The notes beneath the pieces were generated by a model. That model did not search any database, was not told the DNA's origin, and worked only from the letters and a program-made list of their open reading frames with translations. Both the position numbers and the translations under genes were made by a program. This document shows positions 8,298 to 12,880 of a stretch of 27,776 bases of DNA, piece after piece; within the stretch, counting starts at the first letter, position 1, and each line of letters begins with the position of its first letter. This DNA comes from a virus (Duplodnaviria > Caudoviricetes), in the IMG/VR virus record IMGVR_UViG_3300032219_001080, positions 1 through 27,776 of that record. One strand, 5' to 3'.

Positions 8298-8521
8298 CGC
8301 TGTGCTCCTTCGTTGTTGGTTATGTTTTCTACTGTCCTAATACTTGAATGCTGAAATGCGAAGTCATACTCGTGACCTTTCATTGGGTGCACGGCGGTGA
8401 ACTCCACTGTCTCATCGTCTATCGCTGTGATACAGCAGTCCTCGTACACAGTCCAGTCCGTGATGATGGTCACGATGTCGCTGTGTTCGTATGCGTGCCG
8501 TAGTAATTCTTTGTTGGTCAT
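8294..8521 (-). CDS. Hypothetical protein
   Basis: ORF; start 8521 (ATG) or 8533 (GTG). Confidence 0.65.
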   Translation of the reverse strand: MTNKELLRHAYEHSDIVTIITDWTVYEDCCITAIDDETVEFTAVHPMKGHEYDFAFQHSSIRTVENITNNEGAQR

Positions 8522-8526
8522 GGCAA

Positions 8527-8997
8527 TCACCAACTCGCCTGATAAGTCAAGTGCCAGTCTTCGTTTACTGTCTTAAGTACGCGAGATAGCAACTCAATCG
8601 TGTAGTCAATGTCATGCCAGTACCATTCGTCAATCTCGTCCGACCCGAAGAAGAACCCCGCTGTTGGTGAGAGTAGTTTCTCTGCCTTGCTTGGGTCTTG
8701 CTTGACTGTCTGACACAGGGTTAGTAGTTCCTGCAACTTGCCTCGGGTCACGTCATACTCTCGGCATTCATCTTCGCCATCTTGCACGTTGCGTACGAAC
8801 CAGCCATGAATTTGGTTAGCCTTTCTCCAGCAACCAACCTTGACCGCGAGGTTCATGCTTGGTATGTCCTCGCCCTCAACCATGTCATGCGCGTTCATGG
8901 TGCTGACGATTTGTGAGAACTGTTCTCGCTCCTCATCGCCTCGCCACTCGGCGCTCCCGATATTTTTATTTGCGTATAGATATTGGTCTAATCCCAC
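8527..8997 (-). CDS. Conserved phage hypothetical protein (MGLD...WRKAN family)
   Basis: MGLDQYL, WRKANQIHGWF, GFFFGS...Y, YQASW motifs; AAGGGAG SD. Confidence 0.8.
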   Translation of the reverse strand: MGLDQYLYANKNIGSAEWRGDEEREQFSQIVSTMNAHDMVEGEDIPSMNLAVKVGCWRKANQIHGWFVRNVQDGEDECREYDVTRGKLQELLTLCQTVKQDPSKAEKLLSPTAGFFFGSDEIDEWYWHDIDYTIELLSRVLKTVNEDWHLTYQASW

Positions 8998-9027
8998 TTC
9001 GTTCTCCCTTGTTTGTTGTTATGTTTT

Positions 9028-9056
9028 ACCGTAGTACAAATACTATGTGATGTCAA
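9028..9056 (-). promoter_or_regulatory. Sigma70/SigA-type promoter (leftward)
   Basis: Minus strand TTGACA-17 bp-TACGGT. Confidence 0.7.
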
Positions 9057-9080
9057 GTATTGTTTTATATCTTTACATCG

Positions 9081-9121
9081 TGGGTGTCGCGGACTTGAAC
9101 CGCGAGGTATGCCATTCACCC
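9081..9121 (-). ncRNA. Mini tRNA-like (T-loop) structured RNA element
   Basis: GGGUG-AAUGGCAUACC-UCGCGG UUCAAGU CCGCGA-CACCC-A. Confidence 0.6.
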
Positions 9122-9129
9122 TGCCTGCC

Positions 9130-9501
9130 TTACGACAGGACTTTTATGCTTGGCTCTACAAATTCGCGGACTCGGTTTACAAAGTACGTGACCCATTCAA
9201 CCTGCTGTTCGGTGAGCCCCAGCGTGTTGCCGTCTTCGTCTGTCCCGCCCGATATGACGACGTCGCCCACGATGTAGTCGGTGTGGACTCCGAACAATTT
9301 GTCCCAGAAGAACTGCCCGTATGGATTGTGTGCCTGTCCTAAGACCTTGCCTTCTTCGTTCAACCATAGAGTGAGACGTTCGCTTAGGTCTACTGCTTGC
9401 ACCAGCCCGCCAACGCCTTGCTGTAGTGTCGCGAGTGGTTCGGTGCTGAGGTCTAACTTAGTAACCCAGCCGTCCGTTGTTATCTTGAATGCGGTTTTCA
9501 T
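9130..9501 (-). CDS. DUF3846-like protein
   Basis: LQ..VGG.V..V, LWLNEEGK, N, IVGDVVI.G pattern; start MKTAF at 9501 with AGGAG SD. Confidence 0.75.
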   Translation of the reverse strand: MKTAFKITTDGWVTKLDLSTEPLATLQQGVGGLVQAVDLSERLTLWLNEEGKVLGQAHNPYGQFFWDKLFGVHTDYIVGDVVISGGTDEDGNTLGLTEQQVEWVTYFVNRVREFVEPSIKVLS

Positions 9502-9529
9502 TTCCGTTTCTCCTGTCTTACGTCCTGCA

Positions 9530-9886
9530 TTAGACATACATGTCCTCGTCTTCGTCCTCGTCTTCGGACTCATAGTCTGCGCCCTGCGGAATTAGGTTCG
9601 TGAACCCAGCGTTCGGGTCTTCCTCGTTGTGTTCAACTGCGTGAATAAATTTGAGCGAGCATGACTTGTCCCACCACTCGCGGAGCACCGCCAGCATTTG
9701 CCACTCGGTTCCCTTGTATGTGCGCGATGTCTTGCACCCCTCGGGGCTGTAGTTTTTGCGGAACCACTCGGCTTCTATCTCGTCCATTGCGATATATATT
9801 TTGTGACACCCGTCAAACGCGATGAGGTGAGCGTTTTCTAACGCTTCCTCTACGTCCCACCAGTACTCTTTCATTTCGGTATTCAT
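9530..9886 (-). CDS. Hypothetical protein with acidic tail
   Basis: FDGCHKIY motif, WW..SC.LKFI; AAGGGG SD. Confidence 0.75.
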   Translation of the reverse strand: MNTEMKEYWWDVEEALENAHLIAFDGCHKIYIAMDEIEAEWFRKNYSPEGCKTSRTYKGTEWQMLAVLREWWDKSCSLKFIHAVEHNEEDPNAGFTNLIPQGADYESEDEDEDEDMYV

Positions 9887-9931
9887 GTCTTACGTCCCCT
9901 TTTTGTTTTGTCTTCGGCGGAATTGCCTTGT

Positions 9932-9970
9932 CCCTAGTCCCGATTGAACGGCACGCCCGAGGCGCTAGGG
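9932..9970 (-). ncRNA. Three-way-junction RNA element with T-loop-like hairpin
   Basis: CCCUAG-CGCC UCG GGCG-UG-CCG UUCAAU CGG-GA-CUAGGG. Confidence 0.55.
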
Positions 9971-9987
9971 GTTACTGTCTTACGTCC

Positions 9988-10155
9988 TTACCTGTTCCAC
10001 CAGTAGTTGTTGATTTTGTTTCTCTGCATGTTCACTAGTTCGCGGGTGCTGTACCTCGGGCGGTTATCGTTCCACCGTTGGAGCATTGCCCCGAGAATGA
10101 ATGGTGACAACATGACAAGGGCGCCGAGCCCAGTCCACAGAAATTCTTTTATCAC
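9988..10155 (-). CDS. Small membrane protein, 55 aa (not in ORF track)
   Basis: MIKEFLWTGLGALVMLSPFILGAMLQRWNDNRPRYSTRELVNMQRNKINNYWWNR; GTGA coupling, GGAG SD. Confidence 0.65.
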   Translation of the reverse strand: MIKEFLWTGLGALVMLSPFILGAMLQRWNDNRPRYSTRELVNMQRNKINNYWWNR

Positions 10156-10349
10156 TTCGCGTCTCCGTTCTTTTGGTTCAGTATGTTTTGTGCGTTGCTG
10201 AATAACTCTCGCGGGCTCCCGCCAATTTCCCGACAGATAGCCTGTATTCTGTCTGTCGCTGTGTATGCTTGCATTTTGTTACACTCCCCGCCCAGAAGAT
10301 AGAAGGCAAGTTCTAACGCCTCGGCTCCGAGTTGCTCTACTGTTTTCAT
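10152..10349 (-). CDS. Hypothetical protein
   Basis: Likely start MKTVEQ at 10349, GGGGAG SD, ATGA coupling. Confidence 0.65.
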   Translation of the reverse strand: MKTVEQLGAEALELAFYLLGGECNKMQAYTATDRIQAICREIGGSPRELFSNAQNILNQKNGDAK

Positions 10350-10636
10350 GCTGAGTACTCCCCCGCACATACTGCCACTGCCCCGTCCGTGATAGTTGAG
10401 ACAACCCAGTGTCCGCCCCAGTTGGCACGGCGTAGGTATTCCAGCACTGCTTGCTCGTACTGCTCGGGCATGTCTAGCGCGTAGTTGCGGGCTACTGTAA
10501 TCCGTTGCGGGTCTTTGCCGTACGTGTTGCCCTCGTAGCGGGCGACTGTAATTCGTCCGCTATTTGGTAGGTACTTCGCGCGGAGTGTCACGCGGTGACT
10601 GCTCCTAACGAAACTAGTTCTCGGTATTGTTTGCAT
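10346..10636 (-). CDS. Hypothetical protein
   Basis: Likely start MQTIPR at 10636 with AGGGG SD. Confidence 0.7.
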   Translation of the reverse strand: MQTIPRTSFVRSSHRVTLRAKYLPNSGRITVARYEGNTYGKDPQRITVARNYALDMPEQYEQAVLEYLRRANWGGHWVVSTITDGAVAVCAGEYSA

Positions 10637-10664
10637 GTTTCCCCTTTGTTTGTTGGTGTATTTG

Positions 10665-10698
10665 CTTATATCTATTTGTATCACACTTGGAAGGCAAG
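10665..10698 (-). promoter_or_regulatory. Putative leftward promoter, paralog of 11862-11896
   Basis: CTTGCCTTCCAAGTGTGATAC...TATAAG; same upstream block and 17-bp geometry as the promoter at 11862; the -10 lacks the usual final T. Confidence 0.45.
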
Positions 10699-10742
10699 CG
10701 CAAGTCATGCACCCGCTTTTCTTTGTGTAAGGGTTTCCCCTC

Positions 10743-10793
10743 GCGGGCGGGTGAGGTCTCGCTCCTCGTGGCGCCTGCGCGCTCCCGCCCCGC
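10743..10793 (-). ncRNA. Three-way-junction RNA element
   Basis: GCGGGGCGGG-A-GCGC GCAG GCGC-CAC-GAGG AGCGAGA CCUC-A-CCCGCCCGC, followed by GGG GAAA CCC. Confidence 0.55.
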
Positions 10794-10804
10794 TTGCCCC
10801 TGTC

Positions 10805-11593
10805 TTACGACACTGGAATGAATGGTGTCTCACAGCCGAGGCATAGCACGCCCTTGTCGTACACCTTGCGCGAGGCTCGCATTATGGAGCCACAAGAACA
10901 CACCGCCTTTATTTGGTTCTTGTCGCGCCCCTTTGGGGTGTCGCCCCCGCCGATAATAAACCCCCCGCCCGTACCCGTGCTCGTCCCTGTCTTACGTCCG
11001 TAACCCGAGGCAACGCGGATACTCTCCGAGATTTTTTCTATTTGGGCGCTCCACTTTTCGGCACACTCGCGGGTGACTGTTGTCTTCGTCCACCCCGCCC
11101 AATGGTTCGGCGCGTATTCTTCAATGAGGAGCCCGAAGAAATACTCGGCGGTAGTCTTGAATTTCTTATTGTGGCGTCCGTTGATGTCCACGTCCTGTAC
11201 CCCGCGCACAATGTTGATGGCGTGAGCCACTTCGTGGGCGACTGTCCCGAACACTTCGCGCCCGCCTCGCGCGAGGTTCTCGGCGCTTACCATTATTTCA
11301 TATTTGCCGAGGTACTTGGTCTCGGTTCCTAATCCCATTGCAACGGCGAAGGGCGCGTAAGCGTAGTCTTCGTCTATTGCCTCGTATGGTGTCGCCCATG
11401 TTGGGCGGGTCGTGATGTGTCCCCATGCGCGAGAATCGCGTTGCGAGATGAAGACAACAGGCGGGAGCACTACCGCGCCCCGCGTCATGTTGCGGACATG
11501 TATGGCTAAATCGTCATAGACGTCATGTAGTGCCGAGATGACGGGAGCAAGTGTGCCCTCGCCAGCCTCGGCGGTGAATGTTGATGTATTCAT
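10805..11593 (-). CDS. SprT-like zinc metalloprotease with C-terminal Zn ribbon
   Basis: HEVAH (HExxH), downstream H.K.F, C-terminal CSC...CLGC; AAGGGG SD. Confidence 0.8.
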   Translation of the reverse strand: MNTSTFTAEAGEGTLAPVISALHDVYDDLAIHVRNMTRGAVVLPPVVFISQRDSRAWGHITTRPTWATPYEAIDEDYAYAPFAVAMGLGTETKYLGKYEIMVSAENLARGGREVFGTVAHEVAHAINIVRGVQDVDINGRHNKKFKTTAEYFFGLLIEEYAPNHWAGWTKTTVTRECAEKWSAQIEKISESIRVASGYGRKTGTSTGTGGGFIIGGGDTPKGRDKNQIKAVCSCGSIMRASRKVYDKGVLCLGCETPFIPVS

Positions 11594-11611
11594 GTATTCC
11601 CCTTTGTTGTG

Positions 11612-11674
11612 TGTCTGACCTCGTCAGTGCCCGCATTACGGACAGACCCCCGAAGGGGTTTCGGTCTTAGGACA
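11612..11674 (-). ncRNA. Type II hammerhead ribozyme
   Basis: UGUC-CUAA-GACC-GAAA-CCCC UUCG GGGG-UC^-UGUCCG UAAUG CGGGCA-CUGACGA-GGUC-A-GACA; complete catalytic core, all three stems pair. Confidence 0.93.
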
Positions 11675-11816
11675 GTTGTCCGAGCAAGCCCGCTACATCG
11701 TTCAACCAACGAGACTGAAAGCCGTAACTGTCGTCTAGGTTTTCTTGCCCCGCCATCTCTCGCAATTTCTCGGCAAGCGCCTCGGCTAGCCTCTTCGTCT
11801 CTTTGTCTACGAACAT
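11667..11816 (-). CDS. Hypothetical 49-aa protein, first gene of leftward operon (not in ORF track)
   Basis: AAAGGGG SD; MFVDKETKRLAEALAEKLREMAGQENLDDSYGFQSRWLNDVAGLLGQLS. Confidence 0.72.
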   Translation of the reverse strand: MFVDKETKRLAEALAEKLREMAGQENLDDSYGFQSRWLNDVAGLLGQLS

Positions 11817-11823
11817 CTGTTCG
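11810..11823. promoter_or_regulatory. LexA (SOS) box
   Basis: CGAAC-ATCT-GTTCG, matches the Gram-positive/actinobacterial CGAAC-N4-GTTCG consensus; overlaps start codon. Confidence 0.8.
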
Positions 11824-11861
11824 CCCCTTTCGTAAGTCTCGGGCTAATTCCCGATGAGACA

Positions 11862-11896
11862 AGTATACGCATGGGTATGACACATGGAAAGGCAAG
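11862..11896 (-). promoter_or_regulatory. Main leftward (early) promoter
   Basis: TTTCCA-17 bp-TATACT; 5' leader hairpin UCGGG AAUUAG CCCGA. Confidence 0.65.
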
Positions 11897-11942
11897 CAAG
11901 CCATAAGACAGGCAAAAGCCCGCACAGAATGAGGCTCCGAAC

Positions 11943-11960
11943 ATTGTAACCAAATTGTAA
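11943..11960. promoter_or_regulatory. 11-bp-period direct repeat (OmpR/PhoB-family, GlnR/MtrA-like site)
   Basis: ATTGTAA at 11943 and 11954; GTAAC-N6-GTAAT. Confidence 0.35.
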
Positions 11961-11984
11961 TACAAATCTAGGGAGACGAAGAAG

Positions 11985-12004
11985 AAAAGTTAGGCGCACC
12001 TAAC
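11985..12004. promoter_or_regulatory. IdeR/DtxR-like box
   Basis: AAAAGTTAGGCGCACCTAA versus consensus TTAGGTTAGGCTAACCTAA; perfect GTTAGG-N4-CCTAAC inverted repeat. Confidence 0.55.
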
Positions 12005-12008
12005 AAAA

Positions 12009-12103
12009 CGAACGTATGTTCGCAATGCCACGCCGAGACAACACACAGCCGAACAAGTGTTCGCAAGGGAGACGACACAGCGCCGAGGGTGAACAAGTGT
12101 TCG
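12009..12103. promoter_or_regulatory. Three tandem LexA (SOS) boxes
   Basis: CGAACGTATGTTCG (12009), CGAACAAGTGTTCG (12050), TGAACAAGTGTTCG (12090); 41 and 40 bp apart. Confidence 0.8.
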
Positions 12104-12114
12104 CCATGCCACCA

Positions 12115-12134
12115 CATAATGAGAATGGTTCTCA
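12115..12134. promoter_or_regulatory. Fur/Zur-family box
   Basis: 7-1-7 repeat TGAGAAT-G-GTTCTCA; CATAATGAGAATGGTTCTC matches 14/19 of the classical Fur box. Confidence 0.55.
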
Positions 12135-12489
12135 CTCTCACAGTAGGCGAGCCTGTCTGCTAACTACTGCAAGCGGGGCATATACTTTTGCAAGCGCCGA
12201 TAGGTAGGGGTAGGGGTGTCGGTTCGTGCGTTTGTGCGTGAATGCGGGCGTGTGGGCGCGTGACCGCGTAGCGTGGGCGGGCGTTTGTTTGGCAACTGGG
12301 CATATGCCGAGGGTCGCGCGGACCCAGTAACGATATATCCTCTCTGTATATATGCACATTTGTGGCTGGAAAGTTGGCTCTAAATTTAGTGCTAAATAGT
12401 GTGGGTGGCTGTGTGGGTTTGGTTGTGTTTTTTGTTGGCAAGTGTTATACATCGGCGCCATTTGCGGAAAGAAAAAAACAGAAAAAAAA

Positions 12490-12822
12490 GAAGCACTGAA
12501 CGAGGGTGTCAGACGTTAGCAACATTGCTTCTCTTTCTTTGCGAGCAAGCCCAACGGGCGCGCTAGATGGTTTCACTGCCGTTGGCAACACTGTCGAAAC
12601 AGCATAAGAGTGCCTCCCCCACAGTTCCCGCCCCCGCGGAAGGTCGCCGTGGCATATTTCAGCCGACACCTTTATTTGATGAGATGACGTTCATCACGCT
12701 GCTTTTCTATTTCAAAGAATAGAAACCAACCCAGGTTCCCCTGTTTACGCCCCGCCACATGCAACCGTGGTACAGCCATGCGTGCATCGCTATCTCCCGA
12801 CAGTGACGACTTGTGAAGTTGA
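12490..12822 (-). ncRNA. Structured ncRNA, candidate ColE1 RNA II-like replication primer
   Basis: Own promoter, hairpins with GGGA, GGAA and UUCG loops and G-U pairs on the minus strand, G-tracts, downstream U-rich run; three blocks resembling RNA II. Confidence 0.65.
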
Positions 12823-12827
12823 CAGCA

Positions 12828-12855
12828 AGTATACACACACCAAAACAAAATGCAA
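12828..12855 (-). promoter_or_regulatory. Promoter for the minus-strand ncRNA
   Basis: TTGCAT-16 bp-TATACT on minus strand. Confidence 0.65.
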
Positions 12856-12860
12856 ACATC

Positions 12861-12869
12861 TGCTAACCT
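12861..12869 (+). promoter_or_regulatory. Extended -10 promoter for terminase (near-leaderless)
   Basis: TG-C-TAACCT ending 11 nt before ATG 12881; no SD. Confidence 0.45.
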
Positions 12870-12880
12870 GCAAAATACAA

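Noticed and set aside
9081-9121. tRNA gene
   Set aside because: Only about 41 nt, with no anticodon arm or D stem; kept as a tRNA-like element instead.
11590-11925. 111-aa minus-strand ORF
   Set aside because: It spans the promoter and hammerhead; the 49-aa ORF in another frame has a clear SD and is the better call.
12009-12103. Three ~14-bp repeats with 26-27 bp spacers as a mini-CRISPR array
   Set aside because: Repeats are too short, match the LexA consensus, spacers share sub-sequences with each other, and no cas genes are present.
12374-12395. CIRCE (HrcA) element suggested by AGTGCTAA
   Set aside because: Left half-site and 9-bp spacing do not fit TTAGCACTC-N9-GAGTGCTAA.
12490-12822. 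Group I/II intron, tmRNA, RNase P RNA or phi29-like pRNA identity for the ncRNA
   Set aside because: No recognisable catalytic core, tRNA-like ends or P4 consensus seen; a packaging-RNA role cannot be excluded but is supported only by adjacency to terminase.
12819-12850. Plus-strand TTGACA as -35 for terminase
   Set aside because: No -10-like hexamer at 16-18 bp spacing.
12767-12880. N-terminal extension of terminase given in the ORF track
   Set aside because: It overlaps the divergent promoters and structured RNA, has no SD and unprotein-like composition; ATG 12881 is preferred.
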